The notes under the pieces are model-generated. The model made no database searches, was not told where the DNA came from, and saw nothing but the letters and a program-made list of their open reading frames with translations. Source: Adineta vaga (taxonomy: Eukaryota; Animalia; Rotifera). From it: 64,000 bases of DNA. The stretch's first letter is position 1, and every line of letters starts with the position of its first letter. The translations under genes were made by a program, and so were the position numbers. The stretch lies in NCBI GenBank assembly GCA_021613535.1, contig CP075496.1, positions 13,144,001 to 13,208,000 on the forward strand, given 5' to 3'. Shown here in pieces: positions 25,526-38,925 of this stretch.

Positions 25526-28500
25526 AGCAGCATGGTGATTACATCAAGTTAAATAAATAAAACATATTCGATATTTCTCATCTAAAATCAAAAGATCAAA
25601 ATCGAACAGTTTAGATTTTAGTTATCCAAAAATGAGAACAAGATTATCTCGGATGCGCATCTCTGTTTGTTCTCACTTTCATGAATGGTTATCGAATTAA
25701 CTTCTCCTGTTCTTTATCTTTGTGATTGTTCATTTCGACCATTCCGATTACCATACCGTATGGCACCAACAGCTTGTTCATGTCTGTTTATTTTTAAAGT
25801 ATGTTTTTGTACATATTCTGCTTTTCTATCTCGTTTGAACTTCGACCGCTAATTGATAAGATAGATGATTGTTGACTGAATTCGTACGTCTTCTATATTT
25901 CTCATTACGAAATGTCGATTGTCGAATGATGACAAAAAAAGAAGAAGAGATGAACATCGGTGGAATAAAGAGAGAAAAAAATTCATTTATATTCCAGCTG
26001 ATACATCGCAACAGATTTTTGACCTTTAAATCTTCAATTGACTCTTGAAAAGGCTAGTTTACCTTGATGATGAACTTTTAATAACATATATATATATACA
26101 TACAAATATATATATATATGTCTGATTCATCTGGCATTTATCCCTCAACAACTCTACTACTGTACTTACGCAAGACAATGATTCCAATTATATCAATGGT
26201 GGGAATTGAAGAGATGGAATTTATTGTTGCTCTTACTTTTATGGTTTATGCTTGTGATTATATACTTAAATGCAGTGTTGTATAAGATGATTTTTCTAAT
26301 CAGTTTAGTTTTGAATAGACGAGAAACGAAGATGAATGTCTTAAGATGATAATCAAGTCGATGCACGTTAAACGGAAGAAAGACACGAACTATGACGGAT
26401 ATTTAAATATGACATCGAGAATAATAGAAGAAAGAATGAACAACCAGAGAGAAACGGATGTGAAACGAAATCACTCGTAAAGAAAAAGAGCGTTGATTGC
26501 ACGCGGCAGCGTATGTTACTCGAGTGTGTAATTGTGGGTAGAGAAGACGAAGACGAGAACGAGAGAATACGAGAATAAGAGAATGAGAGAGAGAGCAAAA
26601 GAGAGGAGGTAACTACAGCAAAGATGAAGAAGAAGAAGAAGAAGAAGAGAAGATCTAATGCGCACGCGACATATACATAAGAAAAATGATCGTATGTCTC
26701 GCATTCAATAATTGATTTACACAATGTGGGAATCGTGATCGTACGTTCGAACACCATCGCACTAACTTGGTGGACGTGGGCCGGAAAAGACAGGCATCTC
26801 GTCTTTAGAGCATGCTGTCGTAACATAAGAGATTTGTTTGCTATTCATTCACTCGCTCATTCATTCATTCATTCATTCATTCACTCATACACTTTATATC
26901 GACAAGGACATAGGTCCGAGAATCAAAAGCTGCTCTATGCGTTCTCAATTTTCCGGACTTTTCTCTCTCGTCCTTCTTCTTTTTTTATTGTCTAATCGAT
27001 ATCTTGTAATCATGGTGTTAAAAATCTACTTTCAACAGAGAACTCTTTTCATCTTATATCACACTTTTACAAATAGAAACACTTTAAAGTAGAAAAAGAG
27101 CTATTTAAAAAGTATCTTAACCTTCTCTTCTTTTTCTTATTAATCGAAAAAAAAACTGATGACACTCATTTTACGGAAGAAAATGTATGTAACTGTGCAC
27201 GATAGAACAAATATATTATTTAAACAAATTAGACCCACCGGGATATTTGGCCTCGTCTTCTTTCTATTCAATGCTAAAGGGGAAAAGCATAGCATCTGCT
27301 TTTTTCTTCTGTTTTGATAATGTTCAACAAAAATACTGTTTACATCTCTAATCCAAGATAGTCATCAGCATGCAAACTTTCTGACATATACTTATACATC
27401 GACATATCCGGCTTGATCAGATAATCAGCCGAACTGATTTTCTTTCTTTCTAGTCGCATTGATTTGATACTTTTTTTTCTTTTATTTGCTCGTGTGAATA
27501 CGTCAAACTGGCATTCTTTTGTCGAATTAATCAAGTATCTATCTCCACTTAAAATAATCTACGTATGACCGACCTTGTTCTCTACTGCCATATCGACCTA
27601 TCTAATTGACCTATAAGAAGAACTAATGATGACAATTTAAACTGAAGGCCATATGTAAGAAGAAAAGAAAAATCTATCCCTCTTCACCATCATTGAGATA
27701 GAATGATAAGCGGTGTATGTATACGGTTTATTTGTCCCCTATTAGCTTTCCACTTTGCATTCACTTACCAATGCTGTCGTTGTTGTCATATGTCGTTTGA
27801 ACGATTAGGGTCTACACAACTATATATGTATAAACGTATATATCTAAATGCACACGAATATGTGAGTAAACAATGTTTAACTCGTCAAGTGTTGGTCTGG
27901 CGCTGTTTATTCATCACTCATACTCTCTTCGCTTTCTTTCTGTTCTGGCTATTTCTATGATTATCAATCTTTCACAAAAGAAAAAAAACGACCACTAGTC
28001 GTGCTCTTTACAGGAGAGCTATTTTGCTACAAATGATGTATCATGATGCCATAAGATTCGATCAGATATAAAAAGTATAGACAGACAAACATGATGATAG
28101 AAAATCTATTCGTATAATTATATTCATTCATTGAATTGAAAAGGATTCATTGACTACTCTTATTATTATTACTACTACTACTACTACTACTTTCACGGTA
28201 TATATGTTCTCTTATGATATATGTATGTTCATCAACAGTAGTAATCATGATGACGAAAAAGAAAGGAAAAAAAAGAAAAAACAGATTGATGTCTATGATC
28301 ATTTTTTGCCAATTTTCCTATCCTCTTTTCTCTTTGTCTCTTGTTCTCTCTCTCTCTCTTTCTTTCTTTCTTTAAGCGTTAAACTAGCAAAAAAAGAATG
28401 AAGAATTGGTCACTATGTATTTTGAAACATGTAGACGCTTTGTCTACAATTGAACAAGTCAATAATGACTCTCTCAACTTCAGCTGCCGTTCAACTGAGA

Positions 28501-31500
28501 GAACAAGTATATGAACGAGAGACAAAAAAAGAAAGAGAACCTCAATAGATAAAACAGTCAAAACTAACGCACCATCTTCTACTGATACCAAAACTGTGAA
28601 CTCATGAAGAAATAAAAATAAATTACATTTTACTTGTCTTTCTTCTTCGTGTTCTTTAACTTTTATCCAGAACAACAGAGACAGTTTGACAGGCAGACGT
28701 TTTATGTACATGTTTGTATACATATAAAATAGTCCACTTTTCAGAATAACTATGTGTTCGTGTGCATAAATCTCGATTTGATCAAGATCAATAAGTGATG
28801 GTCAGTTTATCAACAAAAAAAGAAAAAGAAAAAGAAAAGAAAAGATAGACAACAGAAACATATTAACTATTGATCTCATTGTCACATCATTTGGTTTACT
28901 TTTATTCAGTTTTGATGTCCCGATAAAAATGACACGTGTGTCTATACCTCATCATTTACACACCATTTCATTACATCATCATTAATGTTCAAGAGTGATG
29001 GAAATCGCCAGTTGTCTTTATATTATAGATATATCACTTTTTTTGTCTAACCGAAATTCCGGTGTTAATGCGATGAAGATAAGACAACACACATATATTT
29101 CATATATTTCTCACCTCTAGTTTCTCTTTTCTAATGTCCATTTCCGTTGTCCAAGTGGTTAGTTAAGGCTCATATAAGCCCAAGAGGCGCCGGTCACTCG
29201 ATTCATCGATGCGAGAGAATAGCACGTCTTCCGTACTCGATCACATCTACTTTCGCTCTTTCTTCTTCTCCTCTTTTGCTAACGGGCGTTCGTCAAAATA
29301 AAAAATGACGATGATAATGATGATGTTCACAATGATAGTGATGGACATGATTAGACTTTATATTCCTATTAATTTTCATATACAACACACCTGCATCAAG
29401 GGACAACGAACTCGAGAAAAGTGAATCCTTTCGTTGTCATTTACATGAACTCCATTAGAGTGTGACGTAAGATGAAAGGAATAGATAATGAAAAGAGATA
29501 TCAGGAAGCCTGAAAAATGAAATGAATTGTGTAACTTCTTACTATTCTATGATAGTTATCTGAACTGTCTATATGTACGTGGTCAAGCCTTGCGGGCAGC
29601 CTTCATTTTTTTTAATACAACACTGTAATTAGATCGTCGTCTGTCGATAAGTGAATCATTTCGATTTCCAATCGATGCACGTGTTCCTACTATTACAAGT
29701 TCTCATATTTAATTCATTCAAGAAGACGAATAGGGTGGAGCTTTGAATTAAATCAACTGGACATCTATACAACATCTCAATTAGATCTGCACCAGCAGTA
29801 ATAGTAACATACGATCATCAATTCATTTTAACGATTGAATTAGACACTGCTTGGCGAACAAATGACACACACACACACATACATACATACATACATGTAT
29901 AGACACATGTCACATCTCTCGTTTTACAACAACAACAGCACACGACTACAATGTAGTAAATAAAATAGAACGTCTGGCAATCGAGTGTGACTATTGGAAT
30001 AAAAAGAGAGAGAAGAAGAACAAGATGATGATGATGACTGTATAGTATCTATGACTTATATGCTTGTGTATGAATGTGAAAAGAAACGACAGATAGAATC
30101 ATAAAAAATGAGGATATACAAGTCACTATTTTGTAGTTAATTTTTGTGACATACGTAATGACAATAGTTTAGTTGGCATCTCGTCTAATTAACGATCACG
30201 AAATAGGCATACCAAAAGGGACAGTACAACTGTATATATATATAAACATACAATCTATTTGTCGTTGTATGACCGAAGGACATAACACAGACATCATTAT
30301 GTTAAATTGTGTCACACCTATTCTTTATCTTCTTCACATGAAATTTCTTTTTTGTTATATTTCATAATACAGTAGAAAATTACGATGAAGAAGACTATGA
30401 TTATTACCATTGATTGTACTCTTTCATCATCATCATCGTCTTTTTTTATATAACTTCATCAAATAACTGGACATATAATAATAGAAGTCTAATATATAAA
30501 TAGAGAATAACTCGCATCATTTCCGATATTCTTCCTATTTTCCGGTAGATGACCTTCTATAACCAATATAATAGTTGTACTTACCAAAACGTTTTCGACA
30601 AGCGGTCAAGGTGATTGTACGCACATATAACTATCTATGTATGAATGATTGCACAAAAGAATTTTATCTATAATATACAAAGACAATCCATGTAGAAGGA
30701 CGTTTTACTCTCTAATAGGTAATGGATTTATTAAGTATCTCGAATGAAAATATCTTGAGACATTTCTTCGAAATATTTTTGTTCAATGAAGTAAAAAATA
30801 ATTTCCGGTTGGTCAGGTAAAGTAAATAAACGCACGCAATAGTCTCGTTTATAAAAAAAATTATTTTATATATAGAATAAATTTATTTTATAAAAAGAGA
30901 AATTTACCGCAAGAACAGCAGTACATCGAGTAGAAGAGAGAGTGAGCAAAAAGAGGGAAGATGTCTTTGTATGCACACTGAATTCGAGTAGATTTTTTTC
31001 TAATACGCTTTACATATTGTTACATATAATCGGGTTAAAGAATATTAATCTCTCCTGTAACGAGAGATAGAAGGAATCAGATAACCTGTAAAAAAATACA
31101 TGAAAACTGTGGTTTCTTTTTCTTCTTCTAAGTATTGTTCGATGATTGTTGGAGTTAAAGAAATTCTTATCAAGAGAAAATGTCTGAAAGATTGTGTAGT
31201 GACAGCCTTGGAATGTAATGCAAATGTGTTCAATGACTATTTTTGTGTGAAAATCATCGAAACTATTTCCGACATGCATATCGTGTGAATATATATTTTT
31301 TCTCTCCCTCTCGAATAAGTGCATTAGAAAATCATAAAAAAGCTGACATATCGATGCTTGTTCGGAATCAAAAATAGGAAATAAAATCATGATTGACATT
31401 TTTATTAAGAATTTATTTCGATTCGTTAGACATATCACAGAATATATGATTTTTACGTAGAAAAAGCTGAAGATAATTTGATAGCAATCAGATCTGTTTT

Positions 31501-32402
31501 GTCGAAAAATTACTAAACAAGATTTGTTTGACATAGACATTTTGCACAATTATTAATTCTATTCAATAATGTTGAGAATAAGAAATGTAGTATTAATCAA
31601 TTAGTTCAATCATTCATTTGACATTTTCATGATAAAAGCACTAATAATTCTAACCTTTTACCATTGTGTATGACTATATACTCAATCATCCATCTAATAC
31701 AACAAGTCATATGATCAAAAACATTTATTCAGAAAAAATGAAGAATTGCTCAATTTCCTAAATTGAAAATACGTTGGAAATATCCAAACTGACGTAATGT
31801 TTCATCAGATATCAAATAATAACTTTTATCAATAAAAACAAACACACATATAATCACTTCTCCTACTCATAAAAAAAGACGGTTGAGAAGTGGCGACGTC
31901 TCCCGATTTCTTCGACAATGATTAATAAATACAGAACGCAAAATATTGCATCATGACCTGTATTTATATATATTTTCAAATCATTTTCGAGTATAATTAT
32001 TTCTGTTTTCGTCTTCTAAACAAGTAAGTAATTAAGGTAACAAAATCTGAGACTAATTAATTTTATTTTAATTGATATTTTTCTTCTGAATATGAGAATC
32101 CATAAATAAATATGTATTTATATTTACATGTGCAAAGAGAAAGACACATTATAGTATTTTCCGTTAAGAAGAGAGAAAAAAAGCAGCAGCAGAAAAAGAA
32201 GAAAATAAAATTTAAATTAAAATTCCAATTTAAAATACAATAAATATCGCGCAAATGTCTATTTGCACATTCATATACAACAAAATTTTTGTTTGTTAGA
32301 TACATTAACAACAGAGAAGAAGAAAGAGATTTCATCACAATAATTTTCATGTTCGTGTTTTTCGATGAATGATTTATTCATTCGAAAGTAGATAGCCTTT
32401 AC

Positions 32403-33401
32403 CTTTATTTAACGAATTTCGATTACCAAGATGTAAGGAACGTCTTAATGTATCAAATCGTTGACCAAGAGTTTGTTTTTTAAGAGGAAAATCATCTTGA
32501 TCATCATATGGCTGATGATCAAGATCTTCATCGAGAGAATTTTGGATTTGTTGTTGTTGCTGTTGTTGTTTAGCATGACGTTTTTTAAATAGAAGAGATA
32601 TTTGTACACGAAATGATCGATTAAATTTATTTTTCTTTGATTGTGAATCATTTGAAGATGAAACATAGCCAGATTCTTGTTGATCAGTAATGTTAAGTGT
32701 TGAACAATCAGGATTTGGTACTGATCTCCTGAGAAAAACAAAGAGAGAGAAAGGAAAAAAATAGATCAATTAGGAAAGAAAATGGAATGATCATTATCAT
32801 ACGATTGATTCATGTGTGTTGGTGCTAATGGAGCTTTTCGTCGTTTCGGTGGAGGTTTGATATTATCTGATGGATTTGTTGTTGTTGTTGTTGTTGTCGT
32901 CGTTTTCTCTGTTGGTAAAGTAATTGGTGATGTCAAACCTGTTGTGATGGATGAAGTAAGTAAATTGACGGGTCGGTTTTCATCATTGGTATTGAATATT
33001 AAACGTTTACTTGAATTATTACTTTCTAATCGTGGACGTTGTCGCGTTAAAGTATTTCGAAATGATTTTCGAATTTGATCTGTTAATTTATTAAATGGAT
33101 GAATGCGAGCATTGGAATTTGTTGAAGATGAAAATGGATCATCATCATCATCATCATTAATATGATTATTGTAGGGATGTTCAATCGTTTTTGTTTTCAT
33201 GATAATTGGTGATGATGGACGTGGAGGTGATGCCGAATAACGACGTCGTCGTCTTAGAAAACTTTTTGATTGATTCGATTTCACAAGATTTGAATTGGAA
33301 TTAGAACCAGTTGGATGATCACTTCGTGGATTGATTTGATCATCATTACGAATATCTTTTCGTCGACGAGAATTAAATGATTTACGTAGGCTATATTTCA
33401 T
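32403..33401 (-). CDS. Uncharacterised basic, disordered protein; two exons seen (33401-32803, 32728-32403), 3' end unresolved
   Basis: Two ORFs joined in frame by a GT-AG intron; repeated IRKSFR/LRRSL-type motifs; donor AAAG|GTAAAG after exon 2. Confidence 0.55.
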
Positions 33402-35140
33402 TCTTAAATAGAAAATATATTTTCAATGATTTCTGTGTGTAAATTATTCATCCGTTTGACAAGACCACGAAACCTTGAAAAGGTTTTTCTTAGTATGTTA
33501 TGTATATAAAAAAAGAAAAGGGTGTAAAACAAAAAACATGACAATCAAAGTATGAAGAAATAAATGCGAGTCTTAGCAAGGTCACCTATATTTTTTTTCT
33601 TTTTCTCTCTCGGTTTTTTTATTCACATCGAATGAAAAAGAAAAAGGTATGGTTGTGTATATACTTATTAGAAATTAGAATCTAAGTAAAAAAAATGAGG
33701 AAAAACGACGAAGAAAAAGAGGAGAAGATGCTGTTGTCAGAACAGCAGCAATTCGAGAAATATATGTGATGTATGCACTCGAAGTAATAATTTAGATAAC
33801 AATAAAAAAAACGAAGAGAAGAAAAACCAGAAGAAAGCGTAGGAGAATGACGAGGATTGAAGAACGTAAACAGAAAAAAGGAACGGAGAAAAGTTCTTGT
33901 ATGAAAACACTAAGCACGGAACTCGTTATTTCTTTATTGTAAGAGTAACAGCGACGCAACATGTCATGATTGTCGCATCTTTGAATGAGCGCTTCTTTTC
34001 TTCTGTAGTTTTCACTCAAGCATAAGAGGAAAGGATCAATGAAGCAAATGAGTCCGAATGAAGAAAAAAAACCTAAGAAAAGAAAAAGAGGCGTGAGTTA
34101 AAGTCTATTTCCAATAGGCTCATAAAAAAGAATGGTGTGATGTATATAGGTATTCAACTACGCATTTGTTTCAATGGATGTTTATAAGTAGAACGCAAGA
34201 AGAAGAAAAAAATCAAATTACCGGAAAAGAAATATCTGCAAAATACCGCTTATTTAACGAGAAGTGATTGTTGTTAAGCATGTCTTCAAAGTATGAATGA
34301 ACAAGCATCACGAATAAAAGAAAAAGAAAAGTACTAAGCGATCTATCTTTATATTAACAAGTCAGAAAAACTGATGTCTGTGTAAACTGACTTAACCTTT
34401 TCTTCTTCTTCGTTTCTTTAGTCATCTGTTATTCGTCGGCTTCATCATCCTATCGATCAGATGGAAATGACAGTTGTCCTTGTTGTTTTTCTGTCGTTCG
34501 TCTTCTTCTGAAAGCGAGAAAGGAAGAAAAACTAGAAAATGTTAGTTACTACATGTTTAGATTATATATGTATATACATGTCGATATGTTTATTTCGAAT
34601 GAAATTTTCGTTTCACTTTCATTGGTAAACTAGTCGATAAAATAGAAAGAAGAATTTTCTTACAACTTTATAGAATTATGAACTAATAAAAAACTTCGTT
34701 TCATTATGAAAAAAGTGTTTACAATTAATAAGAATTGTTAGAAGTATATCTATTCAGAATAAAACGTTCTTTCTTTCTTTCTCGTCTTGTTTTGTATCGT
34801 GCAGGGAATTTGAACTGACGTAAACAGTAATTCAATGAAGAAATTCCGGAAGCGATATTTTTATCTGAAAATAGTTTCGATCAAAACTTTAACGGGCGGA
34901 AATAAGAAGAAAAACATCATTGAAAATACATTTTATGTTTCATTCGACCCGAAAGAAAGATTTCATCAATGTTTTATTTACAAATAAGTCAATAGAGAAA
35001 AGCTGAAGGAATAATCTTCAAGTTATGTCAAAAGAAATAGTTCATAAAGGAATTTACTCTCCTGAGTATGATTACACTTTATGCATTAATTTAGATAGAC
35101 AATATCCTTTTCACGGTTACTTTAACTCATAAAATCTTCA

Positions 35141-36052
35141 ATGGCTACACAAGATACTACTTCAACATCTTCAATACCACATTGGGCATCGAGTGGCACT
35201 GTTTATGGTTCTAATGATTCTTTTCTTTTATTAAATATTTTTCCAACAGATGTAGCTGATAGTTTATTTTATAAACTACGTGATGAAATCACTTGGAATG
35301 AAATGAGACAAAAAGGTGGCCGTGTTCCACGTGATATTTCGATTCAAGGTACATTAGAAATAAAAGATGGTGATGAATATGAGCCACTCTATCGTCATCC
35401 AGCTGATGAACAACCTGAATTAACAACATGGACATCAACGGCATTAACAATTAAAGAACATATTGAGCAATTAATTGAACAGAAATTAAATCATGCATTA
35501 ATACAATACTATCGTAATGGAAAAGATTTCATTGGTGAACATTCCGATAAAACATTAGATGTTTTAATTAATTCAAATATTGTTAACTATAGTCTCGGTG
35601 CTGCACGTACAATGATACTTAAACATAAAACTCAACAGGGTTTAAAACAACGTTTTAAACTTCCACATAATTCATTATTTATCTTAGGATGGAAAACCAA
35701 TCGTGAATGGTTTCATGCAATAAAACAAGATAATCGAGCTGATATGGATAAGGAATCCGATGAATTAGCTTTTTCTAGTCAGCGTATATCTTTAACTTTA
35801 CGTACAGTAGCTACATTTCGTAATCGTCGTACGGGTCAATTATATGGTCAAGGAGCACGACATAAAACATACGAACAAATAAATGAAAATCCAGTAATGA
35901 ACACAAATGATGAACAAACTATGTTAATGGCATTTAGTGCTGAAAATAAACAATCATCAGAATTCGATTGGAATCTTCAATATGGTGAAGGTTTTAATGC
36001 ATTGAATTTTAAAGTTTTTAACTCTATTTTTATGAATGAAGAAAAAAAATGA
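35141..36052 (+). CDS. Intronless AlkB-like 2OG-Fe(II) dioxygenase
   Basis: HxD (EHSDKT), distal His (WFHAIK), RISLTLR; PLYRHPADE, NHALIQYYRNG, GQGA and EFDW..YGEGF resemble fungal/protist 2OG-FeII_Oxy_2 proteins. Confidence 0.85.
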   Translation: MATQDTTSTSSIPHWASSGTVYGSNDSFLLLNIFPTDVADSLFYKLRDEITWNEMRQKGGRVPRDISIQGTLEIKDGDEYEPLYRHPADEQPELTTWTSTALTIKEHIEQLIEQKLNHALIQYYRNGKDFIGEHSDKTLDVLINSNIVNYSLGAARTMILKHKTQQGLKQRFKLPHNSLFILGWKTNREWFHAIKQDNRADMDKESDELAFSSQRISLTLRTVATFRNRRTGQLYGQGARHKTYEQINENPVMNTNDEQTMLMAFSAENKQSSEFDWNLQYGEGFNALNFKVFNSIFMNEEKK

Positions 36053-36167
36053 AATAAAAGCTTGAAGAAAATTCCCATTACACATCACGAAATAAAAAGA
36101 AAACGAAACCAAACAGAATAAAACTTGTCTTTTTTATTTGCTTATCGTAAGTTCTTTTTTGTTTCAT

Positions 36168-38407
36168 TTACGAATTATGACTAACTGATGTAGAACTTGC
36201 TGTTGCTGTTGTTGTCGTTGATGGTACACTTGATGAATGATTATCATCAAATGCATCAAGTGTATTTCGTTTAAATTCTTGTAAAGTATTACTTAATTTA
36301 TTAAAATCATCTTGTTTTGGATTAGTTAAGAATTCATTAACATCATAGAGACGTAATTTACCTTGATCATCACCTAAGATTATTTGTTGACCATTATGCG
36401 ACCATAGACATTTATTTAATGCGACATTACCATCTAATGTTGTACTTAATAATGGTAATTCAGAATCATGATTTAAATTCCATATATCAAAACGACCAGT
36501 GATATCACATGTTAAGAATACGCTGGGATGAACTGGTGACCAACGTACATCAGTAACATAATCACTATTAACTTCAAATGAATTTAATGGTTTTGATTCT
36601 TTCAATGACCATAATTTAACACTCCAATCAAATGAAGATGTTAGAAATAGAGGAGAAAAATCAACTGAACCATTAACATTATGACAACTGAGACCTTTAG
36701 AAACAGATAGAGAAAGTATATTGATTAATTTTGAGAGAGAGAAATGAAATAATCAACAAACCAGTGATAGGACCGAAATGTCCTTCATAACTATCTTGAA
36801 TTCCTGCTTTATTTCCATGTCTTGAACCCGAATAAGCTTGTCCTTCTTCACTTCCAATAATAAAATTATTAACTTCAACACCAGGAAAAACCATTCGTGT
36901 TGCTGCAACAGGTTTTGTTCGATATGCTAAATCCATACTTTCCTGAGGTTGAGTCATCATTTCAATATTCCATGAACACATTTTGCCTTCATTCGATATT
37001 GAGATTAGATTATTTGCATTTTGTGTACCAATTACTTGTAAACAATACACCGGATGAGTATGTGATGATGCAGATAATGCTGTTCGTTGAACAGGTGTGC
37101 GTTTATTTGTACGAGTATCCCAAACAACAATTTGACCACTATAAGTACCACCTAAGAGAATATTGGGATGAAATTTACTAAAAACACAAGATGTCACCCA
37201 AGATTGACAATTGAAAACATACTAAAAGTTAAAAGAAGAATCATCATTACATACAAATCGAAAAATTGCTATAAAAACTTTTTTATGACTCATCGTTGTT
37301 TTGCTTTTCGATAGAAATCAAGAAAATATCACAGCTGTTACTCTATCTTAAGACAATCTTTCAATGTACTATTGTAATTCTTACTTCTGGAGTTGGTTTT
37401 GATTTATATTTAGTATTCCAAATAAGTACAACACCGTCCGATTCATGTGTTGATTCATCATTTTGTGAATATGATGCGAGAACTAATTCAGGATGATAAG
37501 TAGATGTATCAATACAAGTGACAATACGATGACGTGTCCATCGTTCATCAAAAAATTCTCGATCAAATTTAATAATTTCGCCGACATCCATTTTTTCATT
37601 TTGTTCATCTAAATCTCTTCCACTATAATCTTTAAATATATCAAATGCTTGTGGACTTTCCCATAATGAACGTTCAATTAAACGCGATGAACGAGAAAAA
37701 AAATCTTGAAAATGTTCACTTTTGAAAATTTGTTCACGTTCTTCATTCGTTAATTCTTGTTTAGTTAATGAAGATTGACCTTGTAAACTAAATTGTTTAT
37801 TTTGTTGTTTTAATGAACGCGTTCGTTTTAAATCGGCAACTGATGCTAAGGACATACCACCAATAGATGGCTTTGGATTTTCATCAAAACTCATCGTATC
37901 TTCATCACTGACATATACAAGTTGATTACGTTCACCAGCACTTGGTTGAGGAAATTCATCATCCCATTGTAAATGTTCATGTTGAATTGGACTTGCTGCA
38001 GGATCTTTATCACCTGATTCAATAGTTTGAACTTCTTTTGAATAAGTTACCAATTCTTTTGGTGCAACACTGATTGTCGCACTGGTTTGTTGACATATTT
38101 GTAGTGAAATACTACTTGGTGGTCGATGTTTTTGATGGGATGAGGATGCAGATGTTGCTCCTGCTGAACCTGGTGATACAGATGGTGAACTGGCTGGAAG
38201 CGATGCTGTTTGAAGAATGCCGACTTCTTTAAGAATTTGATCAGGATCAGTATCTTCTCGAGTTGTTCCTGATGCAGAAGAAGGCATAGAACCAAAACTT
38301 GGTGTCATCGGTGTTGTTGGCGTGTTTTTGAGCATTTTTTCTTGTCGCATCTTTTCTAATTTCGCTCGTTTTTCTTCGAGTTCACGTTTACGTTGATCAG
38401 TCGACAT
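36168..38407 (-). CDS. DYNC1I2: Cytoplasmic dynein 1 intermediate chain; 3 exons
   Basis: [30 protein letters not shown]40 motifs [55 protein letters not shown]; paralogue number is nominal. Confidence 0.95.
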
Positions 38408-38925
38408 TGTTGATTCTCGATGTATTCAAGGCCAAGAAAAAAAAATACGAAATGAAATAGAAATCTGGAAGTAAAAGAATGGCAACATATGGTTCGACAA
38501 TAAAATCATTATATTTTTATTCAATAGAATTTGTGAGCATATAGAAAGTGAGCAAAACATCATCTGACTAAAGGTGTAAAATGTGAGAAATATTCGAGAG
38601 AAGAAAAAACAGACAAATCAAAACAAATTTTGAGCATTCGATATAAAGGTCATTACAAAACCGGACAAAAGTGTTGAGATTGATTAAATGAAAAATGCTA
38701 GATAGACAATTGTCGTAAAGCTGAAAACAAAACAAAACAAAAAATCTAATATTGCCAATGATAAAACATTACAGTGAAAAATACCATTCAAATAAAACAA
38801 AATCTATCTGACTACTAGATTTCAAAATAAAAATGGAAGATAAAGAAATGATTTACGTAAAAAAACAAACATGCACTGTTACAGAAGAGAGACAAGAAAA
38901 AGAAAAACAAATATAAAGATATATG

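Noticed and set aside
26368-27092. Hydrophobic ORFs of 62-152 aa
   Set aside because: Produced by GA/GAA and TTCA simple repeats upstream of the protocadherin.
31010-31549. 179-aa minus-strand ORF
   Set aside because: Non-ATG start, F/I-rich composition typical of random AT-rich DNA, no motif.
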